From an uncultured bacterium (lineage in GTDB: Bacteria > Verrucomicrobiota > Kiritimatiellia > CBFGVE01), in NCBI GenBank assembly GCA_965651915.1, contig CBFGVE010000001.1, forward strand, positions 1 to 37,623: DNA of 37,623 bases, written 5' to 3'. This document shows positions 26,771 to 35,939 of the stretch, in pieces; within the stretch, counting starts at the first letter, position 1; every line of letters begins with the position of its first letter. Under the pieces are notes generated by a model. It had not been told where the DNA came from and made no database searches. It saw only the letters and a list, made by a program, of their open reading frames with translations. Both the position numbers and the translations under genes were made by a program.

Positions 26771-29700
26771 CTATCGATCTTGACGTTTCAGCCAGGCGGT
26801 GGGGATGGGCTGTTCTTGCACGCCGGGGCCCTGGATGGTGAGCGGGGGCTTCGCTCCGTTCCAGATCCAGTTGACCCGGAGGCTGGGGTGGTGGAAGTCG
26901 GCCACCGCGCTGCCGCGGTAGTCCACGTAGTCCACCCGGATGGGGTGCGGACCGGGCTCAAGCGCGATGCTCCACGTGCCGAAGCCGTGGCGGCCCATCG
27001 CGGGCTGCCAGGTCTGGCCGGCGAGGGTGACGATGAGTTCGTAGCCTCCCGCGAGGTTGTCGCGCATGTAGTGCTCGGGGGCGCGGAAGGTGTAGACGCC
27101 TCCGGCGGGCACTTCGAGGAAGCCGGTGTAGCGGAGCCCGTAGGGCGGTGGGGCCTCGCTTCGCGGGGTCCGCTTCTCCCCGCTGGTTTTGCGGAAGGTC
27201 TCGGGCGCGGGCACTCCCTCCCACTTGTCGAACAGCGCGGCAACCGCGCGCCGTTCGACGGGCTTGAAGCGGTCGAGGCCCTGGACCATGTCCAGCCAGT
27301 GGCCACGGTAGAATTCGGCCCAGAGGCCGGGTTCGAGGCCGGGGGTGGAGCGGGCCTGCGCCGGGGCGAGGTTCTCGTAGTAGGCGCGGGAGGGTGGGGA
27401 GGCCCGGCGCTGGCTGGTTTCGGGCGGGTTGGCGTCGAGGCCGGTCCGATAGGCCCGGGCGCGTACCAGGGCGCTGTCGCGGAGGGTGAAGGGCCCGGCA
27501 TAGAGGGTGGAGGCGGGGGTGGGTTCGCTTCCGTCGAGGGTGTAGCGGATTTCTACGCCGGGGGTCTTGCAGCTCAGGGTGATGTCCTGTGGGGCAACGA
27601 AGCCGAGCCGGGAGGGCAGGATCTCGACCGGCCAGACCGGACCGAGTATGGGGTCCACCGCGAGTTTCCCGTCTCGGACGCTGAACTGGACGTCGGGTTG
27701 GTCGAGGGGCACGGTGCGGCCGGCGATGGCGAGCGACGTGCAGCCTAGGGCGAGGCCCTCGATGGCGCCCTCCGCGCCCTGCACGAGGAGCAGCTCGCCG
27801 TGGGCCTGCACGCTGCCGGCGGCAAGCGCGGCTCGTCCGCTGCGGGCGGTGCGCAGCATAAGGCGGAGTCCATCGGCGGCCTCGGCATTGAAGCCGATCG
27901 CGCCCGCTTCCCGGATGCGCTGGATCTGCTGCAGGCTGGCCTGCATGTTAGGTCGCGGGTGGATGAGGGTCGCCACGACCTGCTCGCCGCGGCCCTTCCA
28001 GGCGACGGGGATCTCGGTGGGCGAGGTCAGCTTGGTGGGACGCCCCTTGAACGGGCGTTTTGCCAGGGCGAGGGCTTCGCCGCCTACGTGGTAGAGGGAG
28101 AGGTTGGGCTGGCCCTGGGCCTGGGTGTGCACGGTTTCCTGCGCGCGGTCGAGCTGGATGGCGTCGGGCGCGAAGGTGCGAACCTCTTTCTTGCTGGCGG
28201 GTGGGCCCGGCAGTTGCCAGATCAGCTCGTAGGAGCGCTCGCTGTCGGTGTGGAGGCGGTCGATGCACAGCCACAGCTTGGCCTGGCGCAGGAAGATGAG
28301 CTGGCGGCGGTGGGCGACATCCTTGATGGCCTGCTGGTAGAGATTGGCCATCTCGGCGGGGTCGTCGCTGTTACTATTGCGGGCGTAGGGGCCCTGGTAG
28401 AGGGTTTCGGCGAGGTCGAAGGCGGTGGAGGCGAGCCAGCGGGTGGCGATCGGCTCGGTGGGCTCGTTATGGGTGGTGAGCAGTCCGGCACCCAGGTTCT
28501 GGGGGAGGCCATCGACCTTTAGCGGGGAAGGGCGGATGGAGTAGACGCCGTCCACGCCGATCTCGAGCATATCCATGCCGTACATGCTGAGGCCGAAGGC
28601 GTTGTTGGCGCTGCGGGCGAGGAAGCCGTTGTCGCCCATCTGGGGGTAGTTGATCAGCAGGGCGTGGCCGCTGCCGGGGCCCCATCCCTCGCGCTGCCAG
28701 AAGTAGCCGCCATAGGGGAAGGCGTCGGAAGGCGGGGGGAGCGGCTGGTTGGGTTTCTGCTTGTTGTAGGCGGCAAGGATCGCGAGGCTGGAGGGGTCAT
28801 GCGAGACGAATGGGCGGAGATCCTGGAAATTCGTGGTGCGGTAGTCCCCGCGCATGCCGATGGGCAGGCCCTGGTCGGGGGTGCTCATGCGCAGCAGGTA
28901 GCGGGCCCGTTCGCGCAAATGATCGCGCTGCGCCTCGACCCAGTTGCTGCGCACGACCGCGCGTTTCCATGCCGGGGCGAGGTCGGGATTGGGGTAGAGG
29001 GAGTCGATCAGGCGGGTGGTGTGGCTGCCATCCTTGAGGTACATGAAGTTGTAGCCGAACAGCCGCTGGATCTCGGTGCCATCGCGCAGGACGTGGGTGC
29101 TGCCGTAGCGCTCGAACATGATGCGCCCGTGCTCGAGGGTGCTTTCGCCGAGCTTGAACTCGTCCCAGAGCGCGCCCATGTAGCACAGGAAAAAGGCGTT
29201 TTCGTTGATCCAGTTGCGGGGGTTGGAGCTGTGGTAGATGCGGGTGGTCGAGGGGTAGAGCCGCATGAGCTTGGCGAGAACGCGGGCGAGGCTGTCCGGC
29301 CGCATGGCGGAGTGGCCGTCGGGGGTGGCCATCGCGGCGGCGCGCAGGAGGCGCATCATCTGGAAGGCGGAGGTGGCGCCCTTGGAGTCGGCGGGCTGCA
29401 TGTAGAGGGGGCGCAGGGTGGCGAGGTAGTTTTCATTCGCCACCCAGTCGTCCATCAGGTCGCACCAGCGGTCGAGGTAGCGGGGCTCCTTGGTGTAGAC
29501 GTAGGCCTGGAGCAGGGGGTTGGCGAACCCGCCGCCCCAGTGGCTGGCCTCGTTAGGCCCGGGTCCGCGCTCGACGAGGCGGTCGGCGTTGGCGATGGCC
29601 TTGCGGCGGGGGTTCTCGCCCCGGTCCACGACCGCCTTGAAGGCGCCGTTGTAGTCGGTGAAGGGATCGGCGAGGTCGTCGGGGATGCCGAGCTGTCCGG

Positions 29701-29980
29701 CGGTGTCGGCGAGCTTGCGCATGTAGTAATCGCGGAAGGCGGTCAGGGCTCGGTCCCATTCCTGCCGGCCGGCGAGGCGGGTGGCCTCCATCAGCCCGTC
29801 GCGCGCCCTCAGGTGGGGGCGATCCGCGAGCGAGGCCTCGTCGGTCAGCAGGGAGCCGAAGAGGTCGCGGGCCACGGCCTCGGTGGTTTCTGGCTGGGCC
29901 TTGGCAACGGGGCCGGCCAGCAGGGCCAGCGCCAGGCCGAAGAGCCCGCGGACACTGCGGGTACGGGAGTGGGCATGCAT
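26771..29980 (-). CDS. Secreted multidomain protein: heparinase II/III-like (alpha/alpha toroid + beta-sandwich) region, Fn3-associated/chitobiase-C-like domain and C-terminal PA14 domain
   Basis: Signal peptide 'MHAHSRTRSVRGLFGLALALLAGPVAKAQ' from the ATG at 29980. 'RDGTEIQRLFGYNFMYL' and 'GGYFWQREGW...AFGLSMYGMDML' resemble heparinase II/III. 'ITLSCKTPGVEIRYTLDGSEPTPASTLYAGPFTL..SALVRARAY' is CHB_HEX_C-like. 'GLWAEFYRG...GLRYTGFLEVPAGGVYTFRA' is PA14-like. Confidence 0.65.
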   Translation of the reverse strand: MHAHSRTRSVRGLFGLALALLAGPVAKAQPETTEAVARDLFGSLLTDEASLADRPHLRARDGLMEATRLAGRQEWDRALTAFRDYYMRKLADTAGQLGIPDDLADPFTDYNGAFKAVVDRGENPRRKAIANADRLVERGPGPNEASHWGGGFANPLLQAYVYTKEPRYLDRWCDLMDDWVANENYLATLRPLYMQPADSKGATSAFQMMRLLRAAAMATPDGHSAMRPDSLARVLAKLMRLYPSTTRIYHSSNPRNWINENAFFLCYMGALWDEFKLGESTLEHGRIMFERYGSTHVLRDGTEIQRLFGYNFMYLKDGSHTTRLIDSLYPNPDLAPAWKRAVVRSNWVEAQRDHLRERARYLLRMSTPDQGLPIGMRGDYRTTNFQDLRPFVSHDPSSLAILAAYNKQKPNQPLPPPSDAFPYGGYFWQREGWGPGSGHALLINYPQMGDNGFLARSANNAFGLSMYGMDMLEIGVDGVYSIRPSPLKVDGLPQNLGAGLLTTHNEPTEPIATRWLASTAFDLAETLYQGPYARNSNSDDPAEMANLYQQAIKDVAHRRQLIFLRQAKLWLCIDRLHTDSERSYELIWQLPGPPASKKEVRTFAPDAIQLDRAQETVHTQAQGQPNLSLYHVGGEALALAKRPFKGRPTKLTSPTEIPVAWKGRGEQVVATLIHPRPNMQASLQQIQRIREAGAIGFNAEAADGLRLMLRTARSGRAALAAGSVQAHGELLLVQGAEGAIEGLALGCTSLAIAGRTVPLDQPDVQFSVRDGKLAVDPILGPVWPVEILPSRLGFVAPQDITLSCKTPGVEIRYTLDGSEPTPASTLYAGPFTLRDSALVRARAYRTGLDANPPETSQRRASPPSRAYYENLAPAQARSTPGLEPGLWAEFYRGHWLDMVQGLDRFKPVERRAVAALFDKWEGVPAPETFRKTSGEKRTPRSEAPPPYGLRYTGFLEVPAGGVYTFRAPEHYMRDNLAGGYELIVTLAGQTWQPAMGRHGFGTWSIALEPGPHPIRVDYVDYRGSAVADFHHPSLRVNWIWNGAKPPLTIQGPGVQEQPIPTAWLKRQDR

Positions 29981-30045
29981 GGCAATAAAACTGCCCAAAT
30001 GGGTAGTTGCGGTCAAGCAGCGATGGTAAAAAATTCTTCGCTAGT

Positions 30046-30071
30046 TGTTTGTAAAAAGCAATTTACAAACA
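30046..30071. promoter_or_regulatory. Perfect 10-bp inverted repeat TGTTTGTAAA-N6-TTTACAAACA in the divergent intergenic region (candidate operator)
   Basis: 30046-30055 is the exact reverse complement of 30062-30071. It is AT-rich in a GC-rich genome. It lies about 90 nt upstream of the efflux MFP ATG and about 65 nt upstream of the divergent lyase-like gene. Confidence 0.45.
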
Positions 30072-30161
30072 GATAGAAATACTTAACCCAACAGGCTTCT
30101 TGCGGATTATACGCAAAGGTGTACTCTTTTTGCCTTCCACGCCAACTGTTTAGGGAATGCT

Positions 30162-31232
30162 ATGTCTGCTCGACTTGATACTGTTCTAGTTATTCTTGCC
30201 TCTGCGGCGCTCGCCAGCGGCTGCGGTCGTCCGGTTACGAAGGCGGGCGGCCCGCCGCCCGACGCGGCGCTGCCGGCGGTGGTGGCCGAGGTGGCGGTCG
30301 AGGCGCTCGAGGACCGCGCTCCGCTGATCGCCTCCCTCCAGGCCCGCGACGCGGTGGATCTGATTGGTGAAATCAATGCCCGGGTGGAGACGATCGGATT
30401 CGCCGAGGGCGAGGTCGTCGCCGAGGGGCAGGTGCTGTTCCGGCTCGACGAGCGCAAGCTGAAGGCGCGGGCCGAGGAGGCCGACGCCCGCTTCGCGCTG
30501 GCCCGTACGCTGTTCGAGCGCAGCCGCGATCTGCTGGCCAGCCAGACGGTTTCGCAGCAGGAGTATGACCAGGCCGAGGCGGAGTTCAAGGTGGCCGAGG
30601 CCTCGCTCGCGCTGGCCCGCGAGCAGCTTTCCGACGCGGTGATCCGCGCGCCCTTCGACGGGGTGACCGGCGAGCGCCGGGTGAGCGAAGGCCAGCTCGT
30701 GTCCGTCGGCCAGGTGCTCGGCATGCTGGTGCGGCTCGACCCGCTCGAAGCCGCCTTCCACGTCCCCGAGCGCTACGTGGGCCAGCTCCGGATGGGGCAG
30801 CAGGTCGCGTTCACGTCCGTGGCCTACCCGGACGAGGCGTTCGAGGGCAAGGTGTTCTTCATTGCCCCCGAGGTCGACGCCCAGTCGCGCACGCTGCTGG
30901 TGAAGGCCGAGATCCCCAACGGGGACCACCGCCTGCGTCCCGGCATGTACGGCAGCCTCAACCTGGTGTTCCAGGTGCGGGCCGACGCCCTGACCATTCC
31001 CGAAGCGGCGGTCCGCTTCAGCGGCGACCACGCGAACGTGGTGGTGGTGAATGCCGATAGCCGAGCCGAGTTCCGCAACGTGACGCTGGGCCAGCGTTTG
31101 CCTGGTAGGGTCGAGGTGGTCGATGGGCTTGCCGCTGGCGACCGGGTCGTGGTCGAGGGGCACCAGAAGCTGGGGCCTGGCTCGCGGATCGAGCCCCGCG
31201 CCGTTTCCTCCGGGGCCTCTCCGCAGTCCTAG
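30162..31232 (+). CDS. Efflux RND transporter periplasmic adaptor subunit (MFP/HlyD_D23 family), lipoprotein
   Basis: Lipobox 'LASGC'. Coiled-coil hairpin region ('LKARAEEADARFALARTLFERSRDLLASQTVSQQEYDQAEAEFKVAEASLALAREQL'), 'IRAPFDGVTGER', beta-barrel and MP domains. Confidence 0.85.
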   Translation: MSARLDTVLVILASAALASGCGRPVTKAGGPPPDAALPAVVAEVAVEALEDRAPLIASLQARDAVDLIGEINARVETIGFAEGEVVAEGQVLFRLDERKLKARAEEADARFALARTLFERSRDLLASQTVSQQEYDQAEAEFKVAEASLALAREQLSDAVIRAPFDGVTGERRVSEGQLVSVGQVLGMLVRLDPLEAAFHVPERYVGQLRMGQQVAFTSVAYPDEAFEGKVFFIAPEVDAQSRTLLVKAEIPNGDHRLRPGMYGSLNLVFQVRADALTIPEAAVRFSGDHANVVVVNADSRAEFRNVTLGQRLPGRVEVVDGLAAGDRVVVEGHQKLGPGSRIEPRAVSSGASPQS

Positions 31233-31259
31233 TCATTTCGCTCCACCCTGGTTGCTCCT

Positions 31260-34200
31260 ATGACGATCTTTGAACAGTTCATCCGGCGCCCCGTCGCCGT
31301 CACCATGCTCAACGCGGCCGTGCTGGTATTCGGCCTGCTCGGCCTTCAACGCCTCCCAGTTCGCGAGCTGCCCGACATCGACCCGCCGGTCGTCAACGTC
31401 CTCACCGTCTATCCCGGCGCCTCCGCCGAGGTCGTCGAGTCCGAGGTGACCGAGCGTCTCGAGGAGGCGATCAGCAGCGTGGAGGGCATCAAGCTGCTCA
31501 CCAGCGAGAGCCGCGAGCAGGTCAGCAGCATCTCGGTCGAGTTCGTACAGAACCGCGACGTCGATGTCGCGGCCCAGGACGTGCGCGACCGCGTGTCGCG
31601 GGTGCGCGGGAATCTGCCCGACGACATCGACGAGCCGGTGATCAGCAAGCAGGACGCGAACGCCCGCCCGATCATGTGGATCGCCTTCTACAGCGAGCGC
31701 TACGATACCCGCGAGCTGACCCACATCGCCGACACGATGGTGAAGGACCGCCTGCAGACCGTGCCGGGCGTCAGCTCGGTGATCATCGGCGGCGAAAAGA
31801 AGCGCGCCATCCGCATCTGGCTCGATCCCGAGCGCATGGCCGCGCGCGGGGTGACGGTCCTCGACGTGGACCGCGCTTTGCAGGCCCAGAACGTCGAGCT
31901 GCCCAGCGGCCGGGTAGAGAACCGCAGCCGCGAGTTCACCATCCAGACGCGGGGCCAGCTCACCACCGCCGAGGCCTTCAACCGCCTCGTGCTCAGCCAG
32001 AATGGCGCCGATGTCATACGGCTGCGCGATGTCGGCGAGGCCCGGGAGGGCGTCGAGGACGAGCGCGGCGTCGCCCGCTTCAACTCGCGGCCGAGCATCG
32101 GCCTGGGCGTCGTCCGCCAGTCCCAGGCCAACACCCTCGAGGTGGCCGAGGGCATCAAGCGCCGCATGGACGAAATCGCCCCGACGCTGCCGACGGGCAT
32201 CTCCTACCAGTTCCCCTACGACGAATCGATCTTTGTGGAGCGCGCGGTCATCGAGGTGTGGAGCACGCTGGCCATGGCCTCGGTGCTGGTGGTGCTCACG
32301 ATCTTCATCTTCCTGCGCAACGTCCGCTCGACCCTCATCCCCGCCATCACCATTCCGGTGTCCATCCTTTCGACCTTCGGCATTCTTTTCGCGCTCGGCC
32401 TCTCGGTGAACATCTTCACCCTGCTCGCGCTGGTGCTGGCGATTGGTATCGTGGTGGACGACACCATCGTGGTTCTGGAGAACACCTACCGCCATATCGA
32501 GGAGGGCATGAAGCCGTTCGAGGCGGCGATCAAGTCCATGGGCGAGATCGCCTTCCCCATCGTGGCGACCACGCTTTCGCTGGTGGCGGTATTTCTTCCC
32601 CTCACGTTTATCGGCGGAGTGACCGGGCGGCTGCTGCTTGAATTCGCGGTGGCGCTGTCCGGCTCGGTTCTCATGTCCAGCATGGTGGCGCTCACCCTCT
32701 CGCCCATGGCGGCGGCGCGGCTGCTCAAGCCGCTGGGCGATATCCAGCACGGGCCGGTGTTCAACTATTTCGAACGCAAGCTCGAGGCGATCAACCGCCG
32801 CTACGAACGCGCCCTCGCCTGGGCGCTGCGCCACCGCGTCGCGATGTCGTTCATCGCCCTCTCCTCCATCGCGGTATCCTACTATTTCTTCATCAACCTG
32901 GAGCGCGAGTTCCTGCCCGAGGAGGACAAGGGGCGCCTCCTGGCCATGGTGTTCACCCCCGAAGGCAGCACCCCGGAATACACCGACCGGATGATGCAGA
33001 ACATGGAGCGCATCGCGGGCGAGACCCCCGGCGTGGACGCCTTCTTCACGGCGGTCGCCCTGCCGTTCAACGGTCCGGGCAATCCCAGCATGGGCTTCAT
33101 GTTCGTCCGGCTCGACTCCGAAGGGCGCCCCCACGTGCGCGACATGGTTTCTGGCCCCGCAGGACTCGGCTCGCGCTTCATCGCCGAGGTGGAGGGCGCC
33201 GTGGCGATCCCGATCCTGCCCAAGGCGGTGGACCTCGATTTCGCCCAGCCCTTCCAGCTCGTCATCAGCAACCCCGATCTGGTGGCCCTCAACGACTACA
33301 CCTCCCAGCTCGTCGGGCGTTTCTACGCCGAAGGCTTCCTCGCCAATCCCCGGTCGAGCTTCGAGATCAACAAGCCCGAGATCCGGGTGAGCGTGGACCG
33401 CGACCGGGCCAGCGCACTGGGACTCTCGATCGCCGATGTCGCCCGCACCCTGCAGGTGCTTTTCGGCGGCCTCGATCTGAGCAAGGTCAAGGTCGATGGC
33501 AAGCAGTACGATGTGATCGCCCAGATGGACCGCCTCAACCGCCTGACGCCCGCCGACCTCGAGCGGGTGTATGTGCGGAGCGAACAGGGCAGCCTGGTGC
33601 AGCTTAGCAACGTCATCCTGGCCGAGGAGGGCGCCGGGCCGAATGTGATCGAGCGTTTCGAGCGCCAGCGCTCCACCATTATCCAGGCAACGCCCGTTGG
33701 CATGCCGCTGGGCACCGCCATCGAGAAGGCCGAGGCCATCCTGGCCGAGACCCTGCCCGAGGGCTTCCGCTACGACTGGAAGGGCGACGCCCGCAACCTT
33801 CGCGAATCCTCGCGCGAGATCTACGGCTTCATGCTGCTTGCCATCCTCGTGGTCTACATGGTGCTCGCCGCCCAGTTCGAGAGCTTCATCCATCCCTTCA
33901 CCGTGCTGCTCGCTCTGCCGCTGGCCTTCCTCGGAGCCTTCGGCCTGCTCTACGCGCTGAGCTGGGTGAACCACTACGGGACCGAACTCTATGGCTGGGT
34001 GAACTTCGCGCCCGACCCGCCCTCGTGGGCCCGCATGCTCTCATCCATCGTTCCGCGCATCTCGTCGATGAACATGAACATCTTCAGCCAGGTCGGCCTC
34101 ATCCTGCTCATCGGCCTGGTGACGAAGAACTCGATTCTCTTGGTGGACTTCGCCAACCAGCAGATGGCCCGGGGGCTCGACAGCCGGGCCGCGATGCTGA

Positions 34201-34499
34201 AGGCGGGCTCGATCCGCCTCCGCCCCATTCTCATGACGAGTCTTTCCACGATCATGGGCATCCTGCCCATCGCCATTGGCTTTGGTGACGCCGCCGAAAG
34301 CCGCCGCCCGCTGGGCGTGGTCGCGGTGGGCGGCATGCTTACCAGCACCCTGCTCACCCTCTTCATCATCCCGGTGATCTACACCCTGTTCTCCGACCTG
34401 TCGCTCAAGCTCACCGGCCGCCCGGCGGGCATCCACAAGGGCGGTGTATTCGAGTCCGATGAGAATCAGGCGGAAATTGCCCAGGAGTCTGGAAAATGA
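31260..34499 (+). CDS. Efflux RND transporter permease (AcrB/HAE1-like)
   Basis: 1079 aa. 'IRRPVAVTMLNAAVLVFGL', 'GIVVDDTIVVLENTYRHIEEG', 'FSQVGLILLIGLVTKNSILLVDFA', 'RLRPILMTSLSTIMGILPIA'. Confidence 0.92.
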   Translation: MTIFEQFIRRPVAVTMLNAAVLVFGLLGLQRLPVRELPDIDPPVVNVLTVYPGASAEVVESEVTERLEEAISSVEGIKLLTSESREQVSSISVEFVQNRDVDVAAQDVRDRVSRVRGNLPDDIDEPVISKQDANARPIMWIAFYSERYDTRELTHIADTMVKDRLQTVPGVSSVIIGGEKKRAIRIWLDPERMAARGVTVLDVDRALQAQNVELPSGRVENRSREFTIQTRGQLTTAEAFNRLVLSQNGADVIRLRDVGEAREGVEDERGVARFNSRPSIGLGVVRQSQANTLEVAEGIKRRMDEIAPTLPTGISYQFPYDESIFVERAVIEVWSTLAMASVLVVLTIFIFLRNVRSTLIPAITIPVSILSTFGILFALGLSVNIFTLLALVLAIGIVVDDTIVVLENTYRHIEEGMKPFEAAIKSMGEIAFPIVATTLSLVAVFLPLTFIGGVTGRLLLEFAVALSGSVLMSSMVALTLSPMAAARLLKPLGDIQHGPVFNYFERKLEAINRRYERALAWALRHRVAMSFIALSSIAVSYYFFINLEREFLPEEDKGRLLAMVFTPEGSTPEYTDRMMQNMERIAGETPGVDAFFTAVALPFNGPGNPSMGFMFVRLDSEGRPHVRDMVSGPAGLGSRFIAEVEGAVAIPILPKAVDLDFAQPFQLVISNPDLVALNDYTSQLVGRFYAEGFLANPRSSFEINKPEIRVSVDRDRASALGLSIADVARTLQVLFGGLDLSKVKVDGKQYDVIAQMDRLNRLTPADLERVYVRSEQGSLVQLSNVILAEEGAGPNVIERFERQRSTIIQATPVGMPLGTAIEKAEAILAETLPEGFRYDWKGDARNLRESSREIYGFMLLAILVVYMVLAAQFESFIHPFTVLLALPLAFLGAFGLLYALSWVNHYGTELYGWVNFAPDPPSWARMLSSIVPRISSMNMNIFSQVGLILLIGLVTKNSILLVDFANQQMARGLDSRAAMLKAGSIRLRPILMTSLSTIMGILPIAIGFGDAAESRRPLGVVAVGGMLTSTLLTLFIIPVIYTLFSDLSLKLTGRPAGIHKGGVFESDENQAEIAQESGK

Positions 34500-35848
34500 A
34501 CGGCGTCTCGATCCTTCGAAACTACTCGGTAGCCGGCTTGCTGGTGGCGGTGTTCGCCCTAGCGGTCTTCCCCCTGCGGGCCGAAGAGGCCGTGGAGCGG
34601 GAGCCGCGCAGGCTAACCCTGTCCGAGGCGCTGCAGATCGCCGATCAGCACAACCCTCTCCTGCTCGAAGCCCGCGAGCGGCAAAACGAGCAGTCGGGCC
34701 GCCGCCGCACCACCCACGGCAGCGCGAAGCCCGACGCCGAGGCCTTCGGCAGCTACCTGATCGAAGACGACGGTCGGGTCAACAGCTTCGGCACGGGCAA
34801 CGCGCCCGACGATACCCAGTGGATCGCCGGTGTGCGCGTACGGCAGCCGCTCTACTCGGGTGGCCGCCTCGCCGCCGCCATGGAGCGCGAGGATTTCCGC
34901 GCCGACGCCCTGGTCGAGGCCGAGTCCGAGATCCAGATGCAGGTCTTCACCGAGGTCCACCGCCACTACTTCGACGCCGTCCTGGCGCGCTCCCGCGTCG
35001 AGGTGCAGACCGAGTCCCTCCGCCTGCTCGAGCAGCAGCTTGAACTGGCCCGCAACCGCTTCGATGCCGGCGCCGCGCCGCGGTTCGATGTCATGCAGGC
35101 CGAGGTCCGCGTGGCCAGCGCGAATCCCCCCCTCATCCGGGCCCGCAACGAGTACCGGATCGCCCTCGAAGACCTCCGCGCCACCCTGGGCCTGAGCGGA
35201 CTTGGGCTGGCCGCCAGCGACGTGGAGCTGGTGGACGAGCCGGTTGAGGTTCCCGGACTTCCGGTGGTGGCCGACGCCCTGGATGAGGCGATGCGGCAGC
35301 GGCCCGACCTGCTCCGCCTGGAGCTGGAGCGCAAGGCCGCCGAGGCTGACTTCCGCGTGGCTCGTCGCAAGCGCGCCCCCGAAATCGACTTTGTCGCGAA
35401 CTACACGGTGGAGAACGACCGTTTCAGTCCCGACAGCTCCGAGACTTTCGAAGGCTGGCTGGTGGGGCTCGAAGCCTCGTTGCCGGTCTGGGAGGGCGGG
35501 CGCTTGCGCGGCGAGGCCGAGCAGGCGCGTTCGCGGGTTGAGCAGTCCCGCCTTCGCGAGGAACAGCACCGGCTATCCATCGAAGTGCAGGTCCGCAAGG
35601 CCCTGCACCGAGCCGAGGAGGCCCGCGAGATTCTCCAGGTGAGCGAGCTGCTCATCGCCCAGGCGGAGGAAGCCCACCGCCTCGCCGAGAACCGCTACCG
35701 GGCGGGCTCGCTTACCCAGCTCGACGTGCTCTCCGCCGCGCTCGACCTCACCCAGGCCCGCCTCGAACAGGTCGAGGCCACCCGCGACTTCCGCGTGGAG
35801 TGGGTCGAGCTACAGCGCGCCATGGGCCGCCTCCCCGGCGGGGAGTAG
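34496..35848 (+). CDS. TolC-family outer-membrane efflux protein
   Basis: Signal peptide, then two OEP repeats ('LSEALQIADQHNPLLLEARE', 'LELARNRFDAGAAPRFDVMQAEVRVA', 'AENRYRAGSLTQLDVLSAALDLTQARL'). The ATG overlaps the RND stop (ATGA). Confidence 0.85.
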   Translation: MNGVSILRNYSVAGLLVAVFALAVFPLRAEEAVEREPRRLTLSEALQIADQHNPLLLEARERQNEQSGRRRTTHGSAKPDAEAFGSYLIEDDGRVNSFGTGNAPDDTQWIAGVRVRQPLYSGGRLAAAMEREDFRADALVEAESEIQMQVFTEVHRHYFDAVLARSRVEVQTESLRLLEQQLELARNRFDAGAAPRFDVMQAEVRVASANPPLIRARNEYRIALEDLRATLGLSGLGLAASDVELVDEPVEVPGLPVVADALDEAMRQRPDLLRLELERKAAEADFRVARRKRAPEIDFVANYTVENDRFSPDSSETFEGWLVGLEASLPVWEGGRLRGEAEQARSRVEQSRLREEQHRLSIEVQVRKALHRAEEAREILQVSELLIAQAEEAHRLAENRYRAGSLTQLDVLSAALDLTQARLEQVEATRDFRVEWVELQRAMGRLPGGE

Positions 35849-35865
35849 GGCAAACCGCCCCTTGC

Positions 35866-35907
35866 GACGGAGGGGGATCGCTTAAGGGTAAGCGATGAAG
35901 TGTGGCG
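35866..35907 (+). repeat. Copy 2 of the ~40-nt repeat family; contains an 8-bp perfect hairpin ATCGCTTA-AGGG-TAAGCGAT
   Basis: 35878-35907 (TCGCTTAAGGGTAAGCGATGAAGTGTGGCG) matches 22746-22775 at 26 of 30 positions. It lies between the tolC-like stop (35848) and the vapC stop (35940). Confidence 0.7.
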
Positions 35908-35939
35908 CTTATGGGTGACGCCCGGGGCCGGGGAGCGAC

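Noticed and set aside
30119-30129. 11-mer GTGTACTCTTT shared between the regions upstream of the MFP gene (30119-30129) and the partial TPR-like gene (36948-36958)
   Set aside because: Exact 11-mer repeats are expected many times by chance in 37.6 kb. The distances to the respective ATGs also differ (43 vs 62 nt), so there is no support for a shared promoter element.
33960-34090. Insertion of about 35 aa ('VNHYGTELYGWVNFAPDPPSWARMLSSIVPRISS') in the RND permease, just before the conserved 'FSQVGL...KNSILLVDFA' segment, relative to E. coli AcrB as I remember it
   Set aside because: Loop-length variation is common among HAE1 transporters. Without an alignment I cannot show it is unusual.
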